This document shows, piece after piece, positions 1-13,214 of a stretch of DNA of 64,000 nt (position 1 is its first letter; each line of letters begins with the position of its first letter). The position numbers and the translations under genes are program-made. Below the pieces are notes generated by a model. It saw nothing but the letters and a program-made list of their open reading frames with translations. It was not told the DNA's origin and searched no databases. Source of the stretch: Octopus vulgaris (Eukaryota); contig OX597815.1 in NCBI GenBank assembly GCA_951406725.2, positions 134,540,001 to 134,604,000 of the forward strand, written 5' to 3'.

Positions 1-165
1 AAACATTTTAAGGGAACGAAATTTCACTCCGTTTCGAAAGTGATCGCTGCTACGGAGGCCTGGTTGGATGCTCAACCTTCCGAGTTCTTCTTTTTTTTTA
101 TAGAAAAACTGAAGAACCTCTGCAATAACTGTGTGAACCTGAGAAGGGGATATGTTGAATAAAAT
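1..165 (+). mobile_element. Mariner transposase 3' remnant, cut by the window edge
   Basis: Translates KHFKGTKFHSVSKVIAATEAWLDAQPSEFF...EKLKNLCNNCVNLRRGYVE*; similar to 2237-2400. Confidence 0.8.
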
Positions 166-189
166 TATATTAAATTTTCATGTTCTTTA

Positions 190-404
190 ACTCTTTTATT
201 CTTTTACTTGTTTCAGTCATTTGGCTGTGACCATGCTGGAGCACCACCTTGGTCGAACATTCGACCCCAGCACCTATTCATTGTAAACTTAGTACTTATT
301 CGATCGGTCTCTTTTGCCGAACAGCTAAGTTACGGACACGTAAACACAGACACAAAGATACAAATATATACACACATACATACATACATACATACATACA
401 TACA

Positions 405-437
<33 letters not shown>

Positions 438-448
438 GCATATACGCG

Positions 449-492
<44 letters not shown>

Positions 493-788
493 CATACACT
501 CACATATGAATTGAATTGAACTAGTTTCAGTTCACAAGCTGTGGCCTTTTTATTCGTTTATTCTTTTATTTGTTTCAATCATTCGACTGCGGCTATGCTG
601 GTGTACAGCCTTTTTAGTCGAAGAAATCGGCCCCAGGAGTTATTCTTTGTAAGCCAGGTACTTAATCTATCGGTGTCTTTTGCTGAACCGCTTCGTTACA
701 GGGACGTAAACGCACCAACAACGGTTGTCAAGCGATGGTGGGGTTGGGGACAAACTCAATCACAAAGACACACAGACACACACACAAA

Positions 789-852
<64 letters not shown>

Positions 853-1008
853 AAAGACAGGCTTCCTTCAGTTTCCGTCTACTAAATCCACTCATAAGGC
901 TTCGGTCGGCCCGAGGTTATAGTAGAAGACACTTGCCCAAGGTGCCATGCAATAAGACTAAACCCGGAACCATGTGTTTGGGGAGCAAGCTTCTTACCAC
1001 ACAACCAC
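190..1008 (-). mobile_element. Two tRNA-derived SINE family A copies (partial plus near-complete) with internal microsatellites
   Basis: Match to 9083-9534 (cttgtttcagtcatt..., gaagacacttgcccaaggtgcca, cttaccacaca). Confidence 0.8.
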
Positions 1009-1171
1009 GACTGATCCTTCTCCATTCTTTATGGCATCTCCTTTATGGTATCCGCCTAACCATTTGGTATCCTAACCATTTGGTACCCTTTTTTTACAGT
1101 ATCCAGAATTAGCAAGTAAATCACCGCTTGCCAGCCAAAGAAGGACCCTTTACGCTTTGACGGGTTTAGTC

Positions 1172-1431
1172 CAGTGTTTTTCAACCGCGCTCCATGTGAT
1201 CCTTGGGGTTCCATATAAGATTTTGTTGTTAAGTATTTATCTTCAATAAATTGATTACACTTCAACACTACACAAAATATTTTAACACTTTCATTTATAC
1301 AATTCCTTATAATATTTGATTATGGAAATATAATAGGATTTCTTTAAACACCGAATGGCTATGAGGGTCCACCCGAGTAAAATAGGAATCGCAGGGGTCC
1401 ATAGGCAAAACATGGTTGAAAAAAATCACTG
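1172..1431. mobile_element. Non-autonomous hAT (Charlie-like) MITE
   Basis: TIRs CAGTGTTTTTCAACC / GGTTGAAAAAAATCACTG; 8-bp TSD GTTTAGTC (1164-1171) / GTTTAGCC (1432-1439). Confidence 0.85.
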
Positions 1432-1439
1432 GTTTAGCC

Positions 1440-1540
1440 GAACAAATCGACCTCAGTACTTTATTTTTAACCTGGTGCTTATTCTATTGGTATTTTTTGC
1501 CGACTACTAAATTATGAGGACGCAAACAAACCAACGCCTG

Positions 1541-1614
<74 letters not shown>

Positions 1615-1655
1615 CTTTCTCTTTTTCTCTCTCCTTCTCTCCCTCTCTCTAGCTA

Positions 1656-1703
<48 letters not shown>

Positions 1704-1870
1704 GCATACATGTACGATGGGCTTCTTTCAGTTTCTGACTACAGTATCCACTCACATGGCTTTGGTCAGTTCGGGGCTATATTAGGAGACAATAGCCTAA
1801 GGTACTCCGTTGTGGGTCTGAATTCAGAAACCATGTGGTTGTAAAAGAGCTTCTTAACTACACAGCCTTT
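1440..1870 (-). mobile_element. Diverged SINE family A copy with internal (TCTA)n/(TA)n
   Basis: Similar to 9083-9534. Confidence 0.7.
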
Positions 1871-1964
1871 GCCTGGACGAATGCTTCATTAGTTTACTGT
1901 GCAGAATCCAACTCTTTCCGTGGATATGTATGGGCATAACAGATGTTTTATCCTGACTAATCTC

Positions 1965-2456
1965 TTATCTACGAAGTCTCGGTCCCAGAAGTCAGCTGCA
2001 AAGATTCTGGCATCAGTGTTCTGCGACAAAGACGGAGTGTTCCTCAAAATATCTGCAATAAAAGCAGAAACGCCGTGGAAAGCTGAGCCATGGTGTCCTG
2101 CTTTTGCAATGCACTAGCACATACAGCACATGAAGCTATAAGGAAAATACACGGCTTTGGCTTCGAATCGGTAGACTGCTCACCTTACTCTCCTGACTTA
2201 GCTCCTTCTGATTGTCGCCTCTTTCCACAACTGAAGAAACATCTCAAAGGAACGAAATTTCACTCCTATTCGCGGGTGATTGCTGCTACAGAGGCCTGGT
2301 TGGATGCCCGACTTTCCGACTTCGTTTTACAGAGCTTAGAAAAACTGAAGAACCGCTGCAATAACTGTGAATCTGAGAGGGTAATATGTTAAATAAAATC
2401 GTAATTAACTCATCCGCCTATATTTTCTGTTATCCAAAGCTAGGGACCCCCTAGTA
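1965..2456 (+). pseudogene. Mariner (DD34D-type) transposase pseudogene, C-terminal part
   Basis: KILASVFCDKDGV, KRRGKLSHGVLLL, YSPDLAPSDCRLFPQLKKHLKG motifs; frameshifted; degenerate 3' TIR near 2440-2456. Confidence 0.9.
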
Positions 2457-2735
2457 TATATTCAAAGATAGGAGCTCATGTTTGAACCATAATATCTATC
2501 CTTAGTCACCTTCGACGAAAGAAGTGTGATATTACACAGGGAGAAGAAATATTTTAAAGTTTCATTGGAGAATGTAAGCAAGGAGTCTTCTCGCGGCAAA
2601 ATATTCCATCTTTTTAAAGAACTGACCTTGACTGAAAACACGCACCCAGACGGGTGCGCGCGTACGTGGAGACAGATATATGCATGTATACATGCATACG
2701 GAAGCTTTCGCATAAAAATAACATTGCTTAACCAC

Positions 2736-2781
<46 letters not shown>

Positions 2782-2959
2782 ACTCCCTCTTTCTCTCACA
2801 CACTTCCTCTCTCTCTTTCTGTCTCTCTCTTTCTCTCACACTACCTCTCTCTCTTTCTCTCTCTCACACACACACACTCATATATACACACTCATATTCA
2901 GAATTGGTCACCAGCTGTGTCGAATACACACAGTCACACACTCGCTCGCTCGCACACAC

Positions 2960-3017
<58 letters not shown>

Positions 3018-3892
3018 ACACGCCCGCAAGCTCGCACGCACACAAGCACATGCACACACATTTGGAATTGGTTACCAGCTGTTTCGAATGCATACAAAGT
3101 AACACACTCGTACCCACACACACATAGATACACATGCACGTACACATACATATATACAAAAAGATGCAAACAGACACACAACACAAATACACAGAACAAA
3201 CAAGCGTATAAATGCATGACATTGACTACTAGTACTTTCAGATGGGGAGCAACACACACACACACTCACACACACACACACACACATACACACACACACG
3301 TACACACATACACACACACTCACACACACTTGAACATGTGTTTACATGAGGACACGTTCACATAATTATTACTCAAAACCAGCAAACTTTAAAAGCTATT
3401 AACTCTTTATTGATTTATAGCGAACGTGAATTCCATGGCATTGATTAGCATTTAAAACTACATTATAAAACCAAACATGAAATCAAATGGAACAGAAATT
3501 TAAAATAATTCAAAAGTGGCAGCTAAATAGAATAAATCCATAAATATATTTGGACATCTCTGCGCTTTTAAATAAGCAAACAAATAATCAAAAACAGTCT
3601 TAACAACCATATAGAGGAGGCATGTGTAGAGAAGATCGACATCTGCTATTACGGTTTCTTTTTTTTCGTAAGTTTAGTCTACGTCCTGTAGCTCTATCGT
3701 TGTTGCTTATCAAGATATTCAGTGGAATGCGTGGTATAGATTCACTATAAACACATAGCCGCAGCGAACAAATGGAGGCTGGATAGACGGATGAGAAAGG
3801 GGCAAGACAGATAGTTAGAAAGGAATAGTTAAATAAACTACACACAGACACACACAGTCATACATACACACACACGGTTATCAATTTATGTT

Positions 3893-4285
3893 GCAAAATT
3901 CCTGATATGAAATCGTGTGTTGAAACCGATATTTTTGTATTTCAGGATGGTCATTTTTTTTCTTCTTTTGTTTTTGCCAAATAAACGCACTCACTAGATA
4001 TTTTTTCGTTCACTCGTTTATTACTGTTCTTATTGTATTGTTTTAACTCATGTCCATTATCCGGAAATCTTTCTTCACACATCTGTGACTTCTCTCAGAA
4101 TGGAATAAGTGGAGCAAGAACACACACGAAAACGAAAAGTATCGTTGAAGAGGTCACAAATGTGTAACGAAAGATTTCCGGACAATGGACATGAGTTAAA
4201 ATAATAAAATAACAGTAATAAACGAGTGAAGGAAAAATATATAGTGCGTGTATTTATTTGGCGAAAAGTGACCGTCCCGAAATAC

Positions 4286-4287
<2 letters not shown>
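3893..4287. mobile_element. Fold-back element with about 150-bp inverted arms, each with a degenerate HHR motif; abuts (CA)n
   Basis: 3940-4095 is the reverse complement of 4145-4287; (t)TGAAGA-G-GTCACA-aatg-TGTaAC-GAAA at 4145-4170. Confidence 0.65.
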
Positions 4288-4358
<71 letters not shown>

Positions 4359-4491
4359 GAGGTTTTGGTACCCAGATGACCCAAGATTGTAGGTAAGGCT
4401 ACGCAAGTGCTACGGAAGGACCGTAGTTAGACTTCCGGTTCGATAATAGTATAAGTTTCACACTGTTTTGGCTTTGTTGTCTCATTTTATT

Positions 4492-4538
<47 letters not shown>

Positions 4539-4602
4539 TACATACATACATACATACATACATACATACATACATACATACATACATACACATACGTATA
4601 CA

Positions 4603-4731
4603 TACAGTAATACTTCTCTTTACGGGACCCCGGGTCGACGAGTTATACGAATTTTATTTTCTGTTTACGATTTTTCGCTTTACGAGCGGTCTGCGGAAAC
4701 ACATTAACTCGTATATTGAGGCATTAACGTA
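4603..4731. mobile_element. Pogo/Tigger-like MITE remnant
   Basis: Starts TA-CAGTAATAC, imperfect inverted end gaggcattaacg-TA. Confidence 0.45.
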
Positions 4732-5066
4732 CACACACACACGTACATATTTTGTATTAAAGCTGCAAAATCTCACAGAACTATTACTTAGAGTTTCACG
4801 TTTCCATTCGACGGACAGCTGTGATGACAACTGAATTAAGATTGTCCAGGTATATGTAATATAGTGTCATGTAATTCAAATACGTGAATGCATGTATGTT
4901 TGCATGTATATATGTATTATGCTTCGGCATAGCGATACAAATAACATGGTGTTAGAACTCACTATAAATATGCTTCAGAATAAAGCGCTTGTCGAGTACA
5001 AGGCGTAATATAAAATTAAAATAAATGACAAAAGAACAGGAAATTATGTAATGAACTTCATTAGTT

Positions 5067-5128
5067 TACAGCTGTTTCTGCTACAAGATGCAGAACGAGT
5101 GCTTGTGCACCACTTATAGCTTCATCGG
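5067..5128 (-). ncRNA. Degenerate PLE-type hammerhead motif
   Basis: Minus strand CcGATGA-A-GCTATAAG...CTTGTAGC-A-GAAACAGCTGTA; palindromic stem III ACAGCTGT; U4 mutated. Confidence 0.55.
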
Positions 5129-5390
5129 AGCTTCAGAATACAGCTTAGTCTTTACTCGAATATAACATCATAGCTTGTTCCACGCTCTTTCGTTAGTTGT
5201 TTTAGGCGTCTATCTTCTTGCAAACAGACATAGACACATTTTTTTGGCCCTCTCACTCCGACTCGGTGGAGAGTCGATGATGTGACGCTTAGAGGGAGAG
5301 ATAGCTCTATCAGCTGTTTTGTTACACCTGAGCAAACTGGTGCAATATGATAGGAAATGCCTTCCTCAGAAACGCAACGTGCTGCCCAGT

Positions 5391-6483
5391 CGTGAATATT
5401 TTTTCCCACGAGAGTTCCGGACCCCAGTAATGAACTCATTTGCATACAGCCAATCAGAGCAGAGCCACCTTTATCCTTTCTTCCTTTCTAGTCAGCACCG
5501 TACATTTCTTACTTTTTCCCTCTCTACTGGCAGACAGCAACAGTTTTGTCACTATTGAAAATAGATTTTTCCCTATCACTACAAGTACTACTGTCTCTTA
5601 CAACCTGTAGGGCAAACGAATAAATATATGTAAATAATAGGAGAGTATTGTAGTTCGCTTGAAACATTGTGTATTGTTTGTAAAGAATAAAATGTTTTGA
5701 ATGGCACAACAATGCACTATAATACAAACAAAGTTCTATAATAACTGTTGTAATTTAATTATCCATAGTCTGATATGATATTTCGAAATAAAAATTCCTT
5801 CTTCAGATTATGGATGATTAAATTACAATAGTTATTATAGTCTGTTGTATAGTTATTTTATTCTTTATGTAAATAATATTTCTTCCTTCTTGGTGTTGAT
5901 CCTTCGATGTTCACTGGTTATTCCGATGCTGGCACAATAATACTCTTGCGCAAACATAATTGCAGATGTTATTTCACTTTCTCCAGAAAAAATATAGAAA
6001 AAAAGTTCTAGAGGTTTAAAGCTTGATCACTTTCACCCTGTCAGGCGATAAGATAGGGTCACTCGGTTAAGGAATAACCATGCTTCTTTTCTCTTTTAAT
6101 AATGCCTGTTGTTCTTGTTCTTGTTTCAACCATGGCTGCCCTTGCTTAGTTATTTGTGTTGTTGTTTACTTTCTAAAACAGTATGGGGAGAGGGTTGCTA
6201 GCGCCTCATCCTCTACCCACATTTTCCCCAGCCACATCTTTACAATATGGTGCCCTAACTAAATATGATAATTGGTATAGATGCAAATCTATCTAATTAC
6301 TTGTCTCCTTGTAAAATCAGGCATAACTTGGCCATCGGTCGACTTACAGCACCGTTCTTCGTCTTGAGTTTACTTGGTAGAGTGTGTTTGTTAACTTGAC
6401 AACAAGATCAAGGTGAGCTCTGCTTGCCTGTATGCAAATGAGTTCATTACTGGGGTCCGGAACTCTCGTGGGAAAATTTTTCG
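5391..6483. mobile_element. Non-autonomous TIR element, probably Mutator-like
   Basis: Perfect 49-bp inverted repeat 5401-5449 / 6428-6476; 9-bp TSD ctgcccagt / ctgcccggt. Confidence 0.7.
5660..5870. mobile_element. Fold-back element with an HHR-like core in the loop (minus strand 5777-5806)
   Basis: CTGAAGA-A-GGAAT-tttt-ATTTC-GAAA-TATC; same family as 14958-15240. Confidence 0.6.
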
Positions 6484-7346
6484 CTGCCCGGTCTAGGATA
6501 GGAAGTGATCCCAAGATCTTACAACCATAAACACACCATCCTAATTACATGGCCAGGGGCGTTTATAGCAAAACATAAGGTAAAATACAGAAACTAGCAA
6601 AGAAAAATACACGAACAGATGCACGTGCACACATACATATTCATACATGTCCTTTCATACTTTTAAGATTGATAATATGAGTCTCCGTCGAGGTTACCTT
6701 GAAATCAAAGTATGACAAAGTTGACATAATCTTTTATACTTCTAGGGTTGCTACAATCTGGGATTTAGAACTGGTGAAACCTTAAGCAATAAAAAGCTTT
6801 TGGAGGACCAGTTGATAAAAATATACAGCAGGAAATGTTACAAAAATTAAAATTATATACTTTTTAATTATTTTGAGGCCTCTGCAGATTGTGAGACCCA
6901 ACGCTGTACTTTATTTAGCTTAGATTTAAATCTGTCACTGCGTCAAAATTAATAACTGATGAAGTACAAGGGTCAATTTAATTTCCTGTTCGTCTTATCG
7001 TGAAATCTGTGAACTGTACCAATGTTAGGATTCAATATTATGTTGATATTTTGAAGTTATGAAGAGAATCTCTTTTACAAACACCAGAAAGTAGCAGCTG
7101 ATATGATAGGTCAATCTTTCAAAGTGACGTTATAAATTATACATTCTGTTTCCGTTATTGAGTACTTTTTCTCATGTTTGTCAGTACTGACACACATATA
7201 TGTATGTCATTAATTATTTCAAGATTTCTTGACAACAGAGAAAGAATCGTTTCCTAGCCTAGATCAAATACATTGGAATGCCAATGTCAACAACAAGGTA
7301 TTTATGTATGTATGTATGTATGTATGTCGACATATATATATATCTA

Positions 7347-8921
7347 TCTATATATATAAAACTGAGAATGTGTGTGTGTGTGTGTGTCTGTCTGTCTGTC
7401 TGTGTGTTTCCCTAAAACTTGAGAACTACACAACCAATTTCATTCAAATTTTACACATGCCTTACTTAGGGTCCGGGGAGTGTCATCGGCAAAAAAAATG
7501 TTCAACTTCTTGCCTAGAGCGAGCCCATAGCAATATCATATCTTCTCCACTATTTCAATATTACGTGTTAAAAGTGAAACAAAAACATTTCTCTATTTTA
7601 TGTCAGATACTTTCACTTTAACAATAAAAATAATAACAATTGAAATATATGTAGTAAATAATAATTAAAATCAAACTAAAGTATAATATAATCGTAACAT
7701 AACAAAAGTAAAAATAGCAATTGGTATAAAATTGCATCAATGACTTGAACTTGAATAAGTGGTTTCACATGAATGGGAATAAATTAAAAATAAAATTAGC
7801 GTGCAGAAATGGAATCGTCCAGATGGAGCTGTGCTTTTACGTTAGATTATCTGCTAATTAGCTAGCATTAAGTATCTATATGAAGTTTGGCTGTATGTAA
7901 TATCTGTTTTCTCGAACAGCCGGTTCTACAGAATACTGCTGTTGGTTTATTTCTTATACACAAAGGACTAAAGCTTCAACTGGTTACTGCTTTCTGATTC
8001 ATCGTAAGGTTTGTTGTTATTATTACTGTTTAACTATTGTTATCACGTTTGTTGGTTCCTCGTAAAGGAAACATTGTTGTGTTGCATTTGTTAAATAATT
8101 GTAAACTGTAGCCCTCCCCCTTTGGGAGAAGGAGCTTTGGTTATTGTTTAAAAATTGAATTGTGTCCCTGTTTGGGGAAATTGACAATATTTTCACCGTT
8201 TACACGGAAGCATTTTTGTTAGAATGCCTTCGGTAGAAGAAAGTCCAAAAATGAATTTTGCTACAGCCGTCGGCGGGCGCGAACTCATTGAAATGAAAAT
8301 GGAAGAAATACGGATTGATCACCGACAAAGACGGTGAATCTAGGATAACACCACCAAACGAAATGAAAAATTAAATTAAAGAAAAGACTATTGTCTATAA
8401 AGTATACAATGTAGAGAAAAAAAGATTTGAATACCTGGAGGAAAGCACCATCGAAAAGTGTCTTGGTGCGACTATGAAAGATATCTAACCAGAGGCGGTA
8501 AATTCGCCACAATAGAAGCAAGGTTCGAGTCAACGGAGCGTACAAGGGAGTACTCGACTCGAACCTTGCAAAGTGGAAATATTTTATTTTTACTTTTATA
8601 TCTGGGACGTATGACGTCCCGGATAAAAATTAAAAATGCCCCTCCCCCCAGAAGAAGAGGTAGGCTGGATTGTAGCCACACTTCTATACAAGAGGGAGGA
8701 CAAGATACAATTGATTGAAATTGCAAGAGACGGGCCTACAATTCCAGTCTGTTATATATTTTGAGTATTGTTATCACTAGCGATATCAAGATATAACTTT
8801 GTATTTTGTATTTTATGTGTAGATGTATATATATAGATGTACATGTAATATGTACACATATATATACACATATATACATGCTCTAGCACTATGACCCGGC
8901 AACGACGGGTCATAATGCTAG
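7347..8921 (+). mobile_element. Non-autonomous Helitron
   Basis: 5' TCTATATATATAAAACTG; 3' hairpin TATGACCCG/CGGGTCATA then CTAG; inserted between A and T. Confidence 0.85.
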
Positions 8922-8981
8922 TATATATATAAAATTAAAGAATTAAGTTTTAGAAAGGAGGCATTAAACAAGACTGATCTC

Positions 8982-9043
8982 CATACTGAGTTAATGTCCA
9001 AACATTACGAAGCTACGTAATGTTTTGACATTAACTCAGTATG
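8982..9043. repeat. 62-nt near-perfect hairpin
   Basis: 28-bp arms with 1 mismatch, loop AAGCTA. Confidence 0.85.
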
Positions 9044-9082
9044 CTTCGACTTTCTCCCTTAAAAATAATTATATAAAATATA

Positions 9083-9295
9083 TTTACTCTTTTACTCTTT
9101 TACTTGTTTCAGTCATTTGACTGCGGCCATGCTGGAGCACCACCTTTAGTCGAGCAAATCGACCCCGGGACTTATTCTTTGTAAGTCCAGTACTTATTCT
9201 ATCGGTCTCTTTTTGCCGAACCGCTAAGTGACGGGAACGTAAACACACCAGCATCGGTTGTCAAGTGATGGTGGTGGGGACAAACACAGACACAC

Positions 9296-9368
<73 letters not shown>

Positions 9369-9534
9369 TACGACATGCTTCTTTCAGTTTCCGTCTACCA
9401 AATCCATTCACAAGGCATTGGTCGGCCCGAGGCTATAGCGGAAGACACTTGCCCAAGATGTCACACAGTGGGACTGAACCCGGAACCATATGGTTGGTAA
9501 GCAAGCTACTTACCACACAGCCACTCCTGCGCCT
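9083..9534 (-). mobile_element. Full-length tRNA-derived SINE family A
   Basis: Minus strand: A box TGGCTGTGTGG, B box GGTTCAGTCCC, internal (TA)n/(TG)n, 3' tail GGTGCTCCAGCATGGCCGCAGTCAAATGACTGAAAC plus (AGTAAAAG)n. Confidence 0.9.
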
Positions 9535-9639
9535 ATATATATATGTATATATCATTAGCAATTTAATATATAAATTGCTTATTTCCGTGTTGACTACCTG
9601 ATAATTATCGATAACGTGATTTTTATCCTTATTTTATAT

Positions 9640-9902
<263 letters not shown>

Positions 9903-10174
9903 AGCAATGCGCGGTACCAGAATTTTCGACTTGAATCAAATATAACAATCTACTCCAAATCGTTGTTAGAGTACCCGCATTAAGCGGTGTATAGACTGGC
10001 TTGTTTGTACTGGTGTTGAGTCGCATAACTTGTAATAACGAAATGGAACCAAAAAAAGTGATATTTTGAAATCATGCCCATGTTTCAGCTTTGCTTAAAA
10101 AATATAATGGGAAACGCATTCATTAGGTAAACCTAAGATTTACGCAATGGATGCATTTCATATCGTATATTACA

Positions 10175-10686
10175 CTAGCAGTATCGCCCGGCGTTGCTCG
10201 GGTTTGTAAGGGAAATAACTATATAAGCATTTTTAGAGACTTACTTCCCTTATAGATGCCAATTCGGGCTTTCTTAGCCATTTCTGTTTTGGTGTCTTCA
10301 AGCCATGAAGTCGTTGTTCTAAAAGAATGCTGGTCTCCTTGACAAGCTTTACGACGTTGATTTCCTTACACTCCCTTCCCCACAGCTTCACGAGGGAAGG
10401 AAAGAAGGGGGAGAAGCAAACAGGTGCAGGTGTGACCATGGACGCCAACTCCGCCGCCATCGACACACGAAAAATTATGCATTAAAATGGAATAAAAAAT
10501 GATGTTAAATTATTTTTAAAATCGTAGACTCATCGTAGACGCGCGCTAATACTCAGACGGGCTCGATATGAATCACGACTATAAGATACTCGGTTTTTGG
10601 TTAAACTGCACCGCAAAATGTGGGAGTAGTTAGGAATCCAAATCGAAGGGGACATACACTCACACAACTACAGTTTTATATATATT
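10175..10686 (-). mobile_element. Non-autonomous Helitron
   Basis: Minus 5' TATATATAAAACTG as in the 7347 element; 3' hairpin CCCG-agcaacgc-CGGG then CTAG. Confidence 0.75.
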
Positions 10687-10741
10687 ACATAAGCCTGAAG
10701 TGTGCATATTAAATGATTTCAAAATATCATTATTCGGTTTG

Positions 10742-11458
<717 letters not shown>

Positions 11459-11587
11459 TCATATTTTCAACACAATTTGTCGGAAAAAGCTGTTTCTTAT
11501 CTCTCTCTCTCTCTCTCTCTCTCTCAATCTGTCTGTCTGTCGAAACTCTTGGACCTTGAGTCACTCTGTTGCTTCTGCTAAATATTC

Positions 11588-11632
<45 letters not shown>

Positions 11633-12344
11633 GTAATATATATATATATATGCATTCATATAAATATACTCTCTCTCTCACACACACGCGGATATATATA
11701 TATATATATATATATATACGTATGTATATATTCATACTGACATAGATGGAAGGAGAGAGAGGGTGGGGAGGGAGTAACTGTATGTCCTTTTTTAAAAAAC
11801 AAACAAATACATAATTACAAATGAAGCAGCTAAGCTAAAAAAATATAGCTTTTTCAATTACGCTTGATATTTTTCGAGGTGTAAACAATTTTGGTGAACT
11901 TTTTCTTTATGATATTACTCAATCTAAAATTGGATGCATTCTTTTTTTAATCTCAAATTCATAGAGGAGTTTCAATGTTTTTGATCATCACTGTATGATT
12001 TGTTTTCAAGCAAAATTCATTTATTCAAGTTTATTACAGTTTTTATTTGCACATTTTGTCGCTAAAAGTAAATTAATAGCAGTTTTTTTTTCATTCTTCA
12101 AACTAGTTACTGTTGAAGAATTCCTTTAATTTTCTTAAACTATTCAATTTTTGATCAACATATTTTTTGTATCATAGAATTTGAAGTTTTAAAACTGCTG
12201 TAAGGTCTGACAAATTCAAGGCCATGTACGGAGACGTTTTGAATATATGGAAAAGTTTGGGGGATATTGAGAAGTATACCCTCCAGCACTTACTGAAAAA
12301 ATAATAGTGACGAACGGAGTAAAAGTATTTTGTCAGTTGGCTAG

Positions 12345-12552
12345 GCTTAGCGAGATCTTGCTAAATTTCTTTCAACCACTTGAAGAATTTCACCAGATGT
12401 TTTTAAAATTTTCTACACTAATGTAACTTCTTTATTATTAATTTTCTAGATAAAATAAATGCGATTTTCATAATCAAGATTTTGGAAAATAATCTGGGCA
12501 TAATTTGAAATAATTCAAGTGGTTGGAAGAAATTTAATAAGGTCCGCTTAGT
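12345..12552. mobile_element. Small fold-back/MITE-like element
   Basis: aaatttctttcaaccacttgaa / ttcaagtggttggaagaaattt inverted arms. Confidence 0.6.
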
Positions 12553-12743
12553 GTACTGCATTGTTTAAAGAACAATAGTTGGTCAATAACGATCCTACTT
12601 ACAAGTAAAATAATTAAGCGATGACGCTTATGTATTTGTTTTGCAAGATTCTTGATGTGAAGTCGTGTGTTGAGATAGGTATTGTCATAAAATAGAAAAT
12701 TACTATTTGTAAATCTCTCAACGAGAGATATTCAGAAACAGTA

Positions 12744-13163
12744 CTCTAGAGTAAAGATTGTTTATTAACATAACATGGTAGTCCTGGTTTAGGACAAATG
12801 TTGCTGTAATTTAGCCCCAGGTGACATCGTCTCCAGCTGGCTATACGACACAATCTGTATCCTTTTATAGATCAGTGACTAGTTGTCACTTTGAAAACTA
12901 TATATTTCAAACAGGAATTTGGCAGCGCCACCTCTAGCCAAGCAATTATTCTGTGCTGATGAAGGGAAATAACCTGGAAATCGCGATACACAGATATTGT
13001 TTTGAGCTGAGTGGGTGTGAAAAATGCCCTTGTTCGAAAATATAAGGACACAAGTCGTGTTGTATAGCCAACTGAAGACGATGCATCCTAGGGCTAAATT
13101 ACAGCAACATTCGTCCAAAACCAGGACTGCTATGTTATGTTCGCAAATAATCTTTACTTTAGA
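12744..13163. mobile_element. Fold-back element with about 125-bp arms and a hammerhead in the spacer
   Basis: 12744-12870 is the reverse complement of 13041-13163; HHR at 12950-12994. Confidence 0.75.
12950..12994 (+). ncRNA. Type I hammerhead ribozyme, near-canonical
   Basis: TCTGTG-CTGATGA-AGG-gaaataa-CCT-g-GAAA-TCGCGA-TA^CACAGA; 6-bp stem I; palindromic stem III. Confidence 0.7.
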
Positions 13164-13214
13164 TATTGTTATATTTGGGGATGGTCATTTTGCAAAATAA
13201 ACACATGCACTATC

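Noticed and set aside
12378-12527. Hammerhead with a very long stem II (TTGAAGA...GAAATAATTC)
   Set aside because: Core C3 absent, and the core overlaps the inverted arm; ambiguous
12920-12940. CTCF-like site cagcgccacctctagcc
   Set aside because: Only a partial motif match inside a repeat; no functional evidence
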